From NCBI GenBank assembly GCA_964393625.1, contig CAYMUT010000018.1:33564-97563 (forward strand): a stretch of DNA of 64,000 nt, in the 5' to 3' direction. The number at the start of each line of letters is the position of its first letter. Position 1 is the stretch's first letter. This document shows, one piece after another, positions 8,941 through 20,284 of the stretch. A model generated the notes under the pieces. That model was given only the letters and a program-made list of their open reading frames with translations. It was not told the DNA's origin and did not search any database. A program made the position numbers and the translations under genes. The DNA is from an uncultured Pseudomonadales bacterium. Its GTDB lineage: Bacteria; Pseudomonadota; Gammaproteobacteria; Pseudomonadales; Azotimanducaceae.

Positions 8941-11022
8941 TTGAAGAAGTCTCTTACAAAATGGGTGGGCGCGATGGCGCTCCTGTTAATCGGTCCCTGG
9001 CTTGGTGCCGCGGAAGATGAAGCAATCTGGATCGAAGAAGTCACCGTAGTCTCGACACGGGTGGCGAGCGCGCTGCGCGATGTGCCGGCAGCAGTGAGCG
9101 TAGTCGAACGTGCCGACATTCAACAAGGGCGTCAGCAGCTGGGTCTGGATGAAGCGCTGAATCGTGTACCCGGTGTGTTTGCGCAGAACCGCTACAACTT
9201 TGCCCAGGACCTGCGTCTGGCCATTCGAGGCTTCGGCGCTCGTGCCAATTTCGGTATTCGCGGCGTTAAGGTTTACATCGATGATATTCCGGCAACCACT
9301 GCAGATGGCCAGAGTGGTGTGGACGACATCGATCTTGCCTCTCTGGACAGAATCGAGGTGACCCGCGGTCCGTTTTCATCGCTATACGGTGCTGCGGCTG
9401 GCGGCGTGGTCAATCTCTACAGTGAAAGCGGCAGTGAGCCTGGGTTTCTGCGCGCACGCGCCACGGTCGGCGAAGACGGGCACCGCAATTATCAACTCAA
9501 GGCTGCCGGACGCGGCGAAACGGTAGACTACATGGTCAGCGTCAACGATCTGACCTACGATGGCTATCGGGACCTGTCGCGGGTGCAGAGCACGCAGTTC
9601 AACAGCAGATTCGGTATCGAACTGGACGAACGGTCCAAGCTGACCGTCGTGTTCAATTTGGTGGACTCACCTCAGGCGGACGACGCCGGTGCCATAACGG
9701 CCGCCCAAGCGGACGCTGATCCGACCCAGGCCCAGCCCCGCAATATTGCCTCCAACGCCGGCGAAGAAGTCGAGCAGCAGCGCCTGGGTCTGCTGTACAC
9801 CCGGCAGATCAATGATGGCCTGGAACTGCGCTTGCGCAACTACTATGTGTGGCGGGATTTCGAAGCATTTCTGCCCATCGGTACCCACATCCCTTTCGTG
9901 TCAGATGACGGTGTGGTGGCATTCGATCGGTTCTTCTACGGTGGCGGTGCGCAGCTGGCAATGACTGCCGAGCTGTTCGGAATGCCCCATCGAATGACCC
10001 TTGGTTTCGATGTGGATCTTCAGGAAGACGACCGTCAACGCTACCTCAACAACGCCGGCACCCGCGGCACGCTCAGTTTCGATCAGACCGAACAGGCGGA
10101 CAGTTACGGTATCTATCTGCGCAGTGAGCTCGACCTGAGCGACACGCTCACGCTGGTCGCCGGTTTGCGCTATGACGAGGTGGAGTTGTCTGTGGATGAC
10201 GATTTTCTCGACAACGCGGATCAATCCGGCAGTCTCGACTTTGATGAAGTCAGCCCCATGCTGGGGCTGCTGTGGGATCTGCGCAGCAATGCCACACTGT
10301 ATTTCAACTATGGCACTTCATTTGAAACGCCCACGTTTACGGAACTGGCCAGTCCCGCCCGTAATCTGGATGTGAGCCTGGGGGGATTCGCCAACGTATC
10401 TGCACAGCAGGCCGAGAGCTTTGAAGTGGGCCTGCGCGGCAGTTTTGCCGACAATCGCGTGTACCTCGATGTGGCCGCTTTCACTATGACCGTTGACGAT
10501 GAAATCACCAATGTGGAAAACATCGGCAGTCGTTCCTTTTTCGAAAACGCCGACACCGAACGCGATGGTCTTGAAGTCAGTGTTATTGCCAATCTCAGCG
10601 GCGCTCTGCGGCTGAGTTTTGCTTATACCTACACCGACTTCGAATTCGACAGTTTTGCGGCAAACCCCGGATTTGCTGGCAATCAGCTACCGGGTCTGCC
10701 GGAACAGCAGTTGTTCGCCGAGCTTCGTTATCAGGCTGCCAACGGTTTTTACGTTGTGGCGGACAGTCTTTACGTGGATGAGATGTACGTCAATAACGCC
10801 AACAGTGTTATCAGCGATAGTAGCGTAGTGGCGAACCTGCGGACGGGCTTTGAGATGGAAGCCGGCAAATGGCGCATCGGCCCGTTTTTCGGCATCAATA
10901 ATTTGTTCAATGAGCAGTATATGGCAAACGTTCGTATCAACGGCTTCGGTGGTCGATTGTTTGAACCAGGCCCTGAACGAAATGTCTATGCAGGGGTGAT
11001 ATTCACTTTGAGCAGAGGTTGA
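8941..11022 (+). CDS. TonB-dependent receptor
   Basis: Signal peptide. Plug-domain motifs ([19 protein letters not shown]). Long beta-barrel with alternating-residue pattern. TTG start. Confidence 0.9.
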   Translation: MKKSLTKWVGAMALLLIGPWLGAAEDEAIWIEEVTVVSTRVASALRDVPAAVSVVERADIQQGRQQLGLDEALNRVPGVFAQNRYNFAQDLRLAIRGFGARANFGIRGVKVYIDDIPATTADGQSGVDDIDLASLDRIEVTRGPFSSLYGAAAGGVVNLYSESGSEPGFLRARATVGEDGHRNYQLKAAGRGETVDYMVSVNDLTYDGYRDLSRVQSTQFNSRFGIELDERSKLTVVFNLVDSPQADDAGAITAAQADADPTQAQPRNIASNAGEEVEQQRLGLLYTRQINDGLELRLRNYYVWRDFEAFLPIGTHIPFVSDDGVVAFDRFFYGGGAQLAMTAELFGMPHRMTLGFDVDLQEDDRQRYLNNAGTRGTLSFDQTEQADSYGIYLRSELDLSDTLTLVAGLRYDEVELSVDDDFLDNADQSGSLDFDEVSPMLGLLWDLRSNATLYFNYGTSFETPTFTELASPARNLDVSLGGFANVSAQQAESFEVGLRGSFADNRVYLDVAAFTMTVDDEITNVENIGSRSFFENADTERDGLEVSVIANLSGALRLSFAYTYTDFEFDSFAANPGFAGNQLPGLPEQQLFAELRYQAANGFYVVADSLYVDEMYVNNANSVISDSSVVANLRTGFEMEAGKWRIGPFFGINNLFNEQYMANVRINGFGGRLFEPGPERNVYAGVIFTLSRG

Positions 11023-12446
11023 TGGAACAACGGACTTTGCCGCCTCGTGATACCGAGTCTCACAAGGGCACCGGCCAGAAGGTAGACATAGAGGTTGGTC
11101 CCCGGGGCAGTCTGGAACTGCTTTCCCAGCGGGAAGCTGATGCGCTGACCTATGGCCCACGTCCCGAGGAACTGCAGGAACTGTTTCGCCGCTGTGCCCT
11201 GGCGGTGCTCAATACCGGTAATGAGAGCGATGACGCTGCGGCGATCTTCGATGCTTACGACGATTTTTCCATTGAAGTGGTCAAACGCACCCGGGGTCTG
11301 CAGCTGTTCATCAAGAACGGGCCCACCACGGCACTGGTCGATGAGCGCATGGTCGAGGGCATCCGACAGCATCTGTTTGCGGTATTGCGCGATGTCATCT
11401 ACATCGGCACGGAGATCACTGACCCCGGTCGTTACGATCTGGCGTCCCCGGCGGGGATAACCGACGCGGTGTTCGAAATTCTCAAACACGCGCGGGTCAT
11501 GGAACCGGGTACGCGGCCTAATCTGGTGGTGTGCTGGGGCGGCCACTCGATCAGCCGTAGTGAATACGAATACACAAAAGAAGTGGGCTATCATCTTGGC
11601 TTGCGCGCCCTGGATATCTGCACCGGCTGCGGGCCGGGGGCGATGAAGGGCCCCATGAAAGGCGCTGCCGTGGGGCATGCTAAACAACGGGTGGTAGGTG
11701 CGCGGTTCATCGGTCTGTCGGAACCCGGCATCATCGCAGCTGAACCGCCGAATCCTATGGTGAACCATCTCGTCATTCTGCCGGATATCGAAAAGCGCTT
11801 AGAGGCGTTCGTGCGCCTGGGCCACGGCATCGTGGTCTTTCCGGGCGGCGTGGGTACCGCGGAAGAAATACTGTATCTGTTGGGTATTCTGCTGGATCCC
11901 GCCAATGCAGATCAGCAGGTTCCCGTGGTGTTTACCGGTCCGCCGGAGTGTGCCGGATACTTCGAACAGATCGACCGCTTTCTGCGGCTGCTGTTCGGAA
12001 CAGCGGTTGAGGGCAAGTACCGGGTCATCATTGACGACGCTGAAGAAGTCGGCCGTCACCTGAGCAAAGCCATTGATAAAGTGCGAGGTGCCAGACAGGC
12101 CAGCGGTGACGCTTACTACTTCAATTGGTTGCTGAAGGTTCCGATGGCGCATCAGCAGCCGTTCGAGGTCGATCATGACAGCGTGGCCACGCTGAATCTG
12201 AGCCGTGATCTGGCGCCTTGTGAGCTTGCAGTGCAGGTGCGTAGAGCATTTTCCGCTATCGTGACCGGCAATGTGAAGGATCAGGGTATCCGCGCTATCG
12301 CCAGGCATGGTCCGTTCAGTCTGCATGCGGATTCGGTTCTCACGGATGCGTTGGACGAGTTGTTGAAAGGGTTTGCCGATTCCGGCCGCATGCGGCTGCA
12401 TGGTGAGTATGAGCCCTGCTATAAGGTTTTACCCAAGTCGTGCTGA
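11019..12446 (+). CDS. ppnN: nucleotide 5'-monophosphate nucleosidase PpnN (YgdH/LOG family)
   Basis: Long colinear matches to my memory of E. coli YgdH: [83 protein letters not shown] at 11022 is an equally possible start. Confidence 0.8.
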   Translation: MMEQRTLPPRDTESHKGTGQKVDIEVGPRGSLELLSQREADALTYGPRPEELQELFRRCALAVLNTGNESDDAAAIFDAYDDFSIEVVKRTRGLQLFIKNGPTTALVDERMVEGIRQHLFAVLRDVIYIGTEITDPGRYDLASPAGITDAVFEILKHARVMEPGTRPNLVVCWGGHSISRSEYEYTKEVGYHLGLRALDICTGCGPGAMKGPMKGAAVGHAKQRVVGARFIGLSEPGIIAAEPPNPMVNHLVILPDIEKRLEAFVRLGHGIVVFPGGVGTAEEILYLLGILLDPANADQQVPVVFTGPPECAGYFEQIDRFLRLLFGTAVEGKYRVIIDDAEEVGRHLSKAIDKVRGARQASGDAYYFNWLLKVPMAHQQPFEVDHDSVATLNLSRDLAPCELAVQVRRAFSAIVTGNVKDQGIRAIARHGPFSLHADSVLTDALDELLKGFADSGRMRLHGEYEPCYKVLPKSC

Positions 12447-13045
12447 CGCTTGACCAACTGGTGTGTAAACGGGATGAGCGAAGCCTGTTCGAAGCGGTGT
12501 CGCTGAGCATCGAGCCCGGCTGCTGCGTCGAACTGCTGGGTCCGAATGGAGCTGGCAAGAGCACCTTGCTGCGCACTGTGGCAGGTATTCACAGCCAGTT
12601 TGAAGGTGCCTATGAGTGCGCCGATTTCCTCTACCAGGGCCACCGGCTCGGCCTCGATGAATTACTCTGTCCCATCGAGAATCTGCGCTGGTATGCCTCT
12701 GTGCAGGGTGAACAGCTTACCGAGTCACGCTTGCGTGACACCCTCGAGCGCGTTGGTATGCTGGGCTATGCGCTGACGCCTACTCAGCGATTGTCTCAAG
12801 GTCAACAGCGCCGGGTGGCCATGGCCCGCTGGTTGTTGGCACCAGCCAAGCTGTGGTTGCTTGATGAACCCTACACGGCTCTGGATCAGGCCGGTCAGGG
12901 ATTGCTCAACGAAATCATCGAGGGCCATTGTCGCGGTGGTGGGGCGGTTTTCTGCGCCACGCATACACCATTGACGGTTGCGGGTGCCAGGCAACTGTAT
13001 TTGACGCCCCTTGCTTCGAATCGAACTGCAGGAGCGCAGGCGTGA
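12440..13045 (+). CDS. ccmA: heme ABC exporter ATP-binding protein CcmA
   Basis: Walker [13 protein letters not shown], signature LSQGQQRR, Walker B LWLLDEP. First gene of the ccm operon. Confidence 0.9.
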   Translation: MLTLDQLVCKRDERSLFEAVSLSIEPGCCVELLGPNGAGKSTLLRTVAGIHSQFEGAYECADFLYQGHRLGLDELLCPIENLRWYASVQGEQLTESRLRDTLERVGMLGYALTPTQRLSQGQQRRVAMARWLLAPAKLWLLDEPYTALDQAGQGLLNEIIEGHCRGGGAVFCATHTPLTVAGARQLYLTPLASNRTAGAQA

Positions 13046-13710
13046 AGCTGGCCGGTGTGTTTGCCAGAGAGTGGCGTACCGTGGCGCGCAATCGCGCGGC
13101 AGTGGTCAATCCCCTGGCGTTCATGTTTCTTGCGGTGATGCTGTTTGCCGTGGGCAGCCCCCTTGAGGATGATGCCCGCGCGCTGTCCGGCGGCGCGGTG
13201 CTGTGGCTCATTGTGCTGCTCACCAATATGCTGTCGTTAGACAGTCTGTTCCGGCGTGACTACGACAACGGTGTGCTGGAGCAGATCATGTGCGGCGCGC
13301 CGGCGCCATTTCTCGTGGTGCTGGTTCGCATTACGGTACAATGGTTGAGCACGGGTGTGCTGCTGGCGATGCTTTCACCGCTGCTGTGTTTGATGCTGGG
13401 TATTCCATCCAATGTCATCGGCATCGTCATGGTTGCGCTGCTGGTGGGAACCCCAGCCGTGAGCCTGCTCGGTGCACTGGGTGCGGCGTTGACCGTCGGC
13501 TTCAGCCGGGGCGGCACCATTCTCGGACTGTTGGTGCTGCCGTTACTGTTGCCGGTGCTGGTCTTCGGTACCAGCGCCATCAATCAGGCGGTCGCAGGCA
13601 TGGAATATCAGGCGCCGCTATACTGGATGGGTTTCATCAGTATGCTGGCGTTGACCATCGGGCCGCTGGCCACGACTGCAGGATTAAGAATCAGCCTGCA
13701 GGTTCAATAA
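13042..13710 (+). CDS. ccmB: heme exporter permease CcmB
   Basis: Polytopic membrane protein. GTG 13042 overlaps the ccmA stop (GTGA). The track start at 12928 lies inside ccmA. Confidence 0.9.
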   Translation: MKLAGVFAREWRTVARNRAAVVNPLAFMFLAVMLFAVGSPLEDDARALSGGAVLWLIVLLTNMLSLDSLFRRDYDNGVLEQIMCGAPAPFLVVLVRITVQWLSTGVLLAMLSPLLCLMLGIPSNVIGIVMVALLVGTPAVSLLGALGAALTVGFSRGGTILGLLVLPLLLPVLVFGTSAINQAVAGMEYQAPLYWMGFISMLALTIGPLATTAGLRISLQVQ

Positions 13711-13738
13711 GGCAACGCAAAGGAGTAAGGGAAAAGAT

Positions 13739-14512
13739 ATGTCACTGGGCGCAACATTGCGGCGATTCTGGCACAAGCTGGGGTCTCCGCGCTGGTTTTA
13801 CCAGATTTCCGGACCCTGTGTTGGTGTCCTGGGTTTCGCTGCGCTGGCGTTACTCGGCACCGGGATCGTCTGGGGGCTCGCCTTTGCGCCTGAAGACTAC
13901 CAGCAGGGCAACAGCTTCCGCATCATGTACGTACACGTGCCTGCGGCCATGGTCGCTCAGAGTGTCTATATGGGCATGGGTGTCGCTGGTCTGGTACTGT
14001 TCGTCTGGCGAATGAAACTGGCCGATGTCGCCATTGCCGCCTGTCTGCCGTTCGGTATGATGCTGACGGCACTGGCCCTGTTCAGCGGCGGGGTGTGGGG
14101 TCGGCCGACCTGGGGCACATGGTGGGAATGGGACGGACGCACTGTCTCGACGCTGGTATTGCTGTTTTTGTATGTAGGTATTTTTGCATTGCGCGAGGCG
14201 ATTCCAGATAGCCATCTGCGGGCCCGTGCCAGCGCCCTGGTGGCTATGGTGGGAACGGTCAATATCCCCATCATCAAATACTCGGTGGATTGGTGGCATA
14301 CGCTGCACCAGCCTGCTTCGTTCACGCTGACTGATAAACCCACTATGCCCATGGAGATGTGGGCGCCGCTACTGGTAATGGTGCTGGGTATTTATTGTTT
14401 TGCCGGCCACAACATCATGAGCCGGATGCGTGTCGAGATTCTGCAGCGCGAAAGCGCGACACGCTGGGTACGCGAAGAGGTAGTCGGCGAGGGGGGAAAT
14501 CATGCAGTTTGA
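13739..14512 (+). CDS. ccmC: heme exporter/heme lyase subunit CcmC
   Basis: Trp-rich motif [15 protein letters not shown] and conserved His residues. Confidence 0.9.
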   Translation: MSLGATLRRFWHKLGSPRWFYQISGPCVGVLGFAALALLGTGIVWGLAFAPEDYQQGNSFRIMYVHVPAAMVAQSVYMGMGVAGLVLFVWRMKLADVAIAACLPFGMMLTALALFSGGVWGRPTWGTWWEWDGRTVSTLVLLFLYVGIFALREAIPDSHLRARASALVAMVGTVNIPIIKYSVDWWHTLHQPASFTLTDKPTMPMEMWAPLLVMVLGIYCFAGHNIMSRMRVEILQRESATRWVREEVVGEGGNHAV

Positions 14513-14705
14513 TAACTTGCAGGCCTTTCTGGCCATGGGCGGCCACGGCCTCTATGTATGGCTGGCCTATGGTGCAACGCTGCTCGTACTCATTGGGAAT
14601 TACCTGAGCGTTCGCGCTGCGCAGCGCGCTGTGATTCAGCACCTGCGCTGGAGCGCCAACGAGCCAATAGACCCGCAACTTTCTGACGACGACAATAAGC
14701 TATGA
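14502..14705 (+). CDS. ccmD: heme exporter protein CcmD
   Basis: 67-aa single-TM protein ([15 protein letters not shown]) sitting between ccmC and ccmE. Confidence 0.8.
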   Translation: MQFDNLQAFLAMGGHGLYVWLAYGATLLVLIGNYLSVRAAQRAVIQHLRWSANEPIDPQLSDDDNKL

Positions 14706-15142
14706 ATCCAAAACGCAAAAGCCGACTCTACCTTGCCGTGTTCTTGTTGGTGGCCGTCGCCGGCACCACCGCGGCGTTGATGACGGCGCTCGAACAGAAC
14801 ATCAACATGTTCTATCCGCCGCAGGACATCGTTTCCGGCGCCGCCCCGGCGGACACGCAGATCCGCGCCGGCGGTATGGTGGCGGACGGATCCGTGCAGC
14901 GTGACTCTGACAGTCTGGCGGTATCTTTCGTCATTACCGACCATCTTGGCGCAGACTTTACTGTGACCTATACGGGCATACTGCCCGACCTGTTTCGCGA
15001 GGGGCAAGGAATCATCGTGCAGGGTAAACTGGGCACGGATGGCGTATTTGCCGCCAATGAGGTGCTGGCAAAACACGACGAAAACTACATGCCGCCGGAA
15101 CTGATGGATATGGCGGGCCACTCGGACAATAAGGGGGCTTGA
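14702..15142 (+). CDS. ccmE: cytochrome c maturation heme chaperone CcmE
   Basis: N-terminal anchor, OB-fold region, heme-binding LAKHDENY motif. Confidence 0.9.
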   Translation: MNPKRKSRLYLAVFLLVAVAGTTAALMTALEQNINMFYPPQDIVSGAAPADTQIRAGGMVADGSVQRDSDSLAVSFVITDHLGADFTVTYTGILPDLFREGQGIIVQGKLGTDGVFAANEVLAKHDENYMPPELMDMAGHSDNKGA

Positions 15143-15146
15143 GCCG

Positions 15147-17120
15147 ATGATTGCTGAATTCGGGCAGCTCAGCCTGGCCCTGGCCGGCTGTCTCGCAATT
15201 GCGGCTGCCGCTACCGGTTTTTTTGCCAACGGGCCTCGCCTGGCGCTGCTGGCCGGGGCAACCCGCTCCATGGTGGCCGGCCAGCTCGTATTTGTGGCAA
15301 TTGCATTCGCGATTTTGGTTTGGTGTTTCGCTACCGACGAATTCAGCGTGGCCTATGTGGCCAATCATTCGAACAGTCTGTTGCCGATACAGTACAAGAT
15401 CAGCGCTACCTGGGGCGGACATGAAGGGTCGTTCCTGTTGTGGACATTGATCATGTGCTGCTGGATGGTGCTGATAGTAATGCGCAGCGGCAACTATCCG
15501 GAGCGTTTCATTAATCGCGTGCTGGGCACCATGAGTGTGCTCAATCTGGGTTTTATCAGTTTTCTGTTTTTTTCCAGTAACCCGTTTACCCTGCTGGTGC
15601 CGCTCACGCCGGCGGACGGCAGTGATCTCAATCCGCTGCTGCAGGATTTCGGTCTCATCGTACACCCGCCGTTGCTGTATGCGGGTTATGTGGGGATGGC
15701 GGTGCCGTTTGCATTTGCTATCGCCGCGTTGCTGGAAAACCGCGTAGACGGCGCGTGGGCGCGCTGGTCGCGGCCATGGACCAATTTCGCGTGGGCGTTT
15801 CTCACTCTGGGTATCGCGCTGGGCAGCTGGTGGGCCTACTACGAGCTTGGCTGGGGCGGCTGGTGGTTCTGGGATCCGGTGGAAAACGCCAGCTTCATGC
15901 CGTGGCTGGTGGCGACCGCGTTGATTCATTCGTTGGCGGCGACCGAAAAACGGGGTGCGTTCAAGAGCTGGACGCTGCTACTGGCTATCGCCGCGTTTTC
16001 CCTGTCGCTGCTTGGTGGTTTCATCGTCCGCTCCGGCGTGCTGACGTCTGTGCATGCGTTTGCCGTGGATCCCGAGCGTGGCGCATATATTCTGGTGTTC
16101 CTGGCGCTGGTGGTGGGTAGCTCGTTGCTGTTGTACGCCCTGCGGGCAGGCCAGGATCGCGTGCAGGTGGGCTTTGCGCTGCTCAGCCGGGAGTTTTTCA
16201 TGCTCACCAACAATGTCATTCTGGTGCTTTCGCTTGCGGTCGTTCTGTGGGGCACCATGGCGCCCATCGGCTATGAGGTCTTGACCGGTGACCGTATCTC
16301 TATCGGCGTGCCGTTTTTCAATACCTTTTTTGTGCCCTTGATGCTTGTGCTGGCGGCAGCTCTCGCACTGGTGCCGGCTTTGAACTGGAAGCGCAGCGGC
16401 TGGTCATCGGTAAAAGGCGAGATTATTCAGGCGCTGCCCGGCGCGCTCGTGGTAAGTGCGTTGCTGTGGTTCCTGACCGACCCGCAGTCGCTGACGGTGT
16501 TGGTCGCGCTGTCTCTTGCGGTGTGGATCGTGCTGACTCACCTGCAGGATCTGTGGCGCAGGTTGCGCAGAAAGGGTGCAATTCCCTTGGCCTACTGGGG
16601 CATGATGCTTGCCCACTGGGGCTTCGCCATGTCCATCGTAGGGGTGGCGATCACTTCTTCTCAGTCCATCGAAGAAGATGTGCGCATGGCGCCGGCGCAG
16701 ACTCAGATGCTCGGTCAGGCAGAGGTACGCTTCGAAGGCATCAATCAGGTGCAGGGTCCCAATTACCAGTCCCAACAGGGGCAGTTCGTGGTGACCCGGG
16801 CGGATGGTTCGCAATTCCGGCTGTACCCGGAGAAACGCCGGTACCTCGCCGGTGGCAACGTTATGACCGAAGCGGGTATCGAAGCGGGTTTTTTTGCAGA
16901 TACCTATATTTCCCTGGGCGAACCCCTGGGTGGGGACGCCTGGGCGGTGCGCCTGCATTATAAACCGCTGGTCCGCTGGGTCTGGATCGGTTGCCTGTTC
17001 ATGGCGCTGGGCGGCAGCTTAGCGGTAATGGACAAGCGCTACCGGCGCCTGCAGCGGAGGCAGAACGTTACCCGACGCCCCACGGCGGGTGGCATAAGCG
17101 CCGAGGAGGCACAGGCATGA
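15147..17120 (+). CDS. ccmF: cytochrome c-type biogenesis heme lyase CcmF
   Basis: 657-aa polytopic protein with [20 protein letters not shown] Trp-rich motif. Confidence 0.9.
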   Translation: MIAEFGQLSLALAGCLAIAAAATGFFANGPRLALLAGATRSMVAGQLVFVAIAFAILVWCFATDEFSVAYVANHSNSLLPIQYKISATWGGHEGSFLLWTLIMCCWMVLIVMRSGNYPERFINRVLGTMSVLNLGFISFLFFSSNPFTLLVPLTPADGSDLNPLLQDFGLIVHPPLLYAGYVGMAVPFAFAIAALLENRVDGAWARWSRPWTNFAWAFLTLGIALGSWWAYYELGWGGWWFWDPVENASFMPWLVATALIHSLAATEKRGAFKSWTLLLAIAAFSLSLLGGFIVRSGVLTSVHAFAVDPERGAYILVFLALVVGSSLLLYALRAGQDRVQVGFALLSREFFMLTNNVILVLSLAVVLWGTMAPIGYEVLTGDRISIGVPFFNTFFVPLMLVLAAALALVPALNWKRSGWSSVKGEIIQALPGALVVSALLWFLTDPQSLTVLVALSLAVWIVLTHLQDLWRRLRRKGAIPLAYWGMMLAHWGFAMSIVGVAITSSQSIEEDVRMAPAQTQMLGQAEVRFEGINQVQGPNYQSQQGQFVVTRADGSQFRLYPEKRRYLAGGNVMTEAGIEAGFFADTYISLGEPLGGDAWAVRLHYKPLVRWVWIGCLFMALGGSLAVMDKRYRRLQRRQNVTRRPTAGGISAEEAQA

Positions 17121-17677
17121 ATCGGGCCAGCCTGTTCGTGCCTTTGTTGATTTTTACCATCATTCTGGTGGCGGGTTATGTTGGCTTCACTCTCGAAGAT
17201 CGCCATCAGTTACCGTCAGCATTGCTGAAAAAACCTTTTCCGGATTTCTCTGCGCAGAACCTCCATGACCCTGGCGCAACCATTCAGCGGCAGGATCTCA
17301 TCGGCCGGCCAACTCTGGTCAACGTTTGGGCCACCTGGTGCCCGACCTGTAAGGCTGAACACGAGCAACTGATGCAGATTGCCGCGACCACCGACGTGCA
17401 GATGGTCGGTATCAACTACAAAGACATACCCGCCAAGGCGCGGCGCTGGCTCGCCAGCTATGGTGACCCGTATGACCTTAGTATTCTTGATGAGGACGGC
17501 CGTCTTGGCGTGGAACTCGGCGTGTATGGTGCGCCGGAGACCTTTCTGCTGGATGCGGCAGGCACCATAATTTACAAGCGCGTTGGAGAAGTTAACCCGC
17601 GTATCTGGCGGCAGGAACTGGCCCCGCGACTGGCAGCCATGGGAATCGTGCAGACTGTCCAGGAAGCCGGTGAATGA
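17117..17677 (+). CDS. ccmG: thiol:disulfide interchange protein CcmG/DsbE
   Basis: Anchor helix plus thioredoxin motif [12 protein letters not shown] and [12 protein letters not shown] 17117 overlaps the ccmF stop (ATGA). The track start at 16991 is inside ccmF. Confidence 0.9.
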   Translation: MNRASLFVPLLIFTIILVAGYVGFTLEDRHQLPSALLKKPFPDFSAQNLHDPGATIQRQDLIGRPTLVNVWATWCPTCKAEHEQLMQIAATTDVQMVGINYKDIPAKARRWLASYGDPYDLSILDEDGRLGVELGVYGAPETFLLDAAGTIIYKRVGEVNPRIWRQELAPRLAAMGIVQTVQEAGE

Positions 17678-17687
17678 GGACTGGCCC

Positions 17688-18161
17688 ATGAAGAAAGAAT
17701 TCGTGCAGGGCATACTGGGTGGGCTGGTGATGTTGATTTCCGCGTCGGTGTGGGCTGCCAGCCCGGTGGATGTCTACCATTTCGACAATGACGAGCAACA
17801 GCAACGCTATCGCGCCCTCATCGAAGAATTCCGCTGCCCCAAATGCCTCAATACGAACATTGCCGGCAGCGATGCCCCGATTTCGAAAGATCTGCGCGCG
17901 GCGGTGCATCGCCTGGTGGTTTTGCAAGGCTATACCGATCAACAGGTGCGTGATTATCTGCAGGAACGCTACGGCGACTTCGTTTTGTACAAGCCTCCGT
18001 TCAATGCGCAGACCTTTGCCATATGGCTGATGCCGGTCGGCCTGGCGGTAGTCGGCATCGGCGTGTTGGTCATGCTGGTCATGCGTGCAAGGCGGCAGCG
18101 GTCAGTGACTCTTGATGACGAGGAACGACAACGACTGCAGTCGTTGTTGAAGGGCCACTGA
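17688..18161 (+). CDS. ccmH: cytochrome c-type biogenesis protein CcmH
   Basis: Signal peptide, [17 protein letters not shown] (CxxC) motif, C-terminal TM helix. Start at the internal ATG 17688, after the ccmG stop. Confidence 0.85.
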   Translation: MKKEFVQGILGGLVMLISASVWAASPVDVYHFDNDEQQQRYRALIEEFRCPKCLNTNIAGSDAPISKDLRAAVHRLVVLQGYTDQQVRDYLQERYGDFVLYKPPFNAQTFAIWLMPVGLAVVGIGVLVMLVMRARRQRSVTLDDEERQRLQSLLKGH

Positions 18162-19330
18162 TGCTGGTTGTGGGCTTCCTGGCGCTGGCTGCTGGCGCTT
18201 TACTGTTTGCCTGCTGGCCGCTGCTGCGCCAGCAAAAATCCGGCGTTGAGCCGGAAGGCGGCGACGCGGCAACTGCGGTATATCGCAGTCGTCTGGAGGA
18301 AATGGGTGGCGAGATCGAAGATCAGCAGCTGCTTGATGAATTGCGCAGCGAGCTGGGCGCAGTACTGCTGTCGGAAGCCGGCGCAGACGGCGAATTGAGG
18401 AAACAGGATTCGGATCAGTCGCAGCCTGACCGCCGCTGGTTTGTTCTCATGTTACTGGTACCGATAGTGGCCTCACTGCTATACGTGACGGCAGCAGATC
18501 CAGGCGCGCTGGCTGTGCGTGGCGCCGAAGCGGTGCTGGAGCTGGATGCGGTGGAAGATCAGAATGCACTGGCGGACTGGGCGGAGCGCCTTGCGCAACG
18601 TACCGATGACCGCCCTCAGGACAACCGCAGCTGGTATCTGCTGGGGCATGCCTATGCGAAACTGAGCAGGTACCCTCAGGCGGCCGAGGCATTTGGCACC
18701 GCATCCGCACTGGTAGACGATGACCTGAATGTGAAGATCTACTGGCTGCAGGCTCGTTATCTGGCGGCGGGCGGGATTATGGACGCGACCTCGCGATCGC
18801 TGGCGGAGCAACTGCTGGAGCAGATTCCCGGCTTGAGTGTAGTCCTGGAAATGCTCGCCATGGAAGCGTTTCGTCAGGGCGACCCCGAACTGGCCATTGT
18901 CCACCTGAACGGTGCGTTGACAGGCACCAATGATCCTCGCAAGCAGGCGACCCTGGCCAATGGCATTACCCAGGTGCGTGCATCACTGCAGGATCCTCCG
19001 GCAGGGGTGACTGTGAATGTCAGCGCTGATGGTGAGGTGGCTTCTCACGGCATGGTATTCGCGCTGGCACGGCCGGTGGGCGGCGGTATGCCGTTTGCGG
19101 TAGTCAAACGCCCGGCGCTTCTGCTGCCCTTTGCAGTGCGGCTGGACGATCTGGTGAGCATGAGTCCAGAACGCAAACTGAGCGATGCGGACCAATTCGA
19201 GATCGTCGTGCGCCTCAGTAGCTCCGGTGCTGCCATGGCTCAACCTGGTGACTGGCAGTGGCAGTCTGCGCCCCAGTCTCTGGTAGATGGGGGTTCCATC
19301 AATTTAGAAGCGAACCTGCAGGCCCCCTGA
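18161..19330 (+). CDS. ccmI: c-type cytochrome biogenesis protein CcmI (TPR-containing)
   Basis: Two N-terminal TM helices and a TPR-like middle region. Last gene of the ccm operon, with ATGA overlap onto ccmH. Confidence 0.75.
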   Translation: MLVVGFLALAAGALLFACWPLLRQQKSGVEPEGGDAATAVYRSRLEEMGGEIEDQQLLDELRSELGAVLLSEAGADGELRKQDSDQSQPDRRWFVLMLLVPIVASLLYVTAADPGALAVRGAEAVLELDAVEDQNALADWAERLAQRTDDRPQDNRSWYLLGHAYAKLSRYPQAAEAFGTASALVDDDLNVKIYWLQARYLAAGGIMDATSRSLAEQLLEQIPGLSVVLEMLAMEAFRQGDPELAIVHLNGALTGTNDPRKQATLANGITQVRASLQDPPAGVTVNVSADGEVASHGMVFALARPVGGGMPFAVVKRPALLLPFAVRLDDLVSMSPERKLSDADQFEIVVRLSSSGAAMAQPGDWQWQSAPQSLVDGGSINLEANLQAP

Positions 19331-19389
19331 CAACGAACTTCTAGCGCGATCGATTGTCATACTGTTTTAACGTCAATGAGCGGTATGAC

Positions 19390-20058
19390 ATGAGCTTTCA
19401 GCCTATCACCAGTATCACCGTGCAGATCGCCGATCATCTGGCCAGTGAAATCATCAAAGGCGTGTTACCCGCCGGCGTGCGTATTCAGGAAGTGAAGCTG
19501 GCCCGCCAGCTGGATGTATCCAGAGGCTCGGTGCGTGAAGCGCTGTTGATATTGCAGCGCCGGCATCTGATCGACTTGGTGCCCCGCAAAGGTGCCGTGG
19601 TCAGCGCGATGAGCTGCTCCGAGGTACTGGAAATGCTGGGTTTGCTCAAGGTCATGGAGGAAACCTGGTTGGGCAAACTGTGTGCTGATGAGAGCGCAGG
19701 CGGTCTGCTGAAGCACGCGGAAAAGTCTCTGGCAGATATGGAAAATGCAGCCAGAGAAAGTGATCTGGCGGGTTTGCTGGCTGCCAGAACCTTGTTTTAT
19801 GAAGCACTGCTTGGCCGGGCCGGGCCTCATGCCCGAGCGGTCTTCGACGCGTTACTGCCCGCCAGTCAGCGCCTGCTGTACAAGCTTACCAGCGATGCCA
19901 AGGTCGACCTGCACGACTTTCCCCGATTTTACCGCGCCCTGCACGAATCCATTTCGCAACACGATTCGGTACGCCTGACAGAGTTACTTGCGGCGCTGCA
20001 CCGACGCCTCGAGGGGCTCGGCGCAAAAACCTCGCTCGGAACGTCTCAAGCCGCGTAA
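19390..20058 (+). CDS. GntR family (FadR/FCD-type) transcriptional regulator
   Basis: Winged HTH: EVKLARQLDVSRGSVREALLILQRRHLIDLVPRKGAVV. ATG 19390 preferred over the TTG at 19354. Confidence 0.8.
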   Translation: MSFQPITSITVQIADHLASEIIKGVLPAGVRIQEVKLARQLDVSRGSVREALLILQRRHLIDLVPRKGAVVSAMSCSEVLEMLGLLKVMEETWLGKLCADESAGGLLKHAEKSLADMENAARESDLAGLLAARTLFYEALLGRAGPHARAVFDALLPASQRLLYKLTSDAKVDLHDFPRFYRALHESISQHDSVRLTELLAALHRRLEGLGAKTSLGTSQAA

Positions 20059-20061
20059 GTC

Positions 20062-20095
20062 GCAGATAAATAGCGCTTTTTCTGCTGTTTTTTTT
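20062..20095 (+). terminator. candidate rho-independent terminator after the GntR gene
   Basis: GCAGATAAA-tagcgc-TTTTTCTGC hairpin (9 bp with one mismatch) at 20062-20085, followed by a T8 run at 20088-20095. Confidence 0.45.
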
Positions 20096-20284
20096 GTGCT
20101 TTTTTTGCCGGAGGGTATTACCAACGTGCGCGCTATCGGTGTAAACTGAGACCTTCACGAAATGGGGTAACGTTCGTTGACCACAATCCCTGGTTCGTTG
20201 AGTAAGTGATTCCATTTGCGGGTATAGCATTTCCCAGTGGTGCACAGGGCTCAATAGACCAACGGGGCGTGCAACGAATTCAAC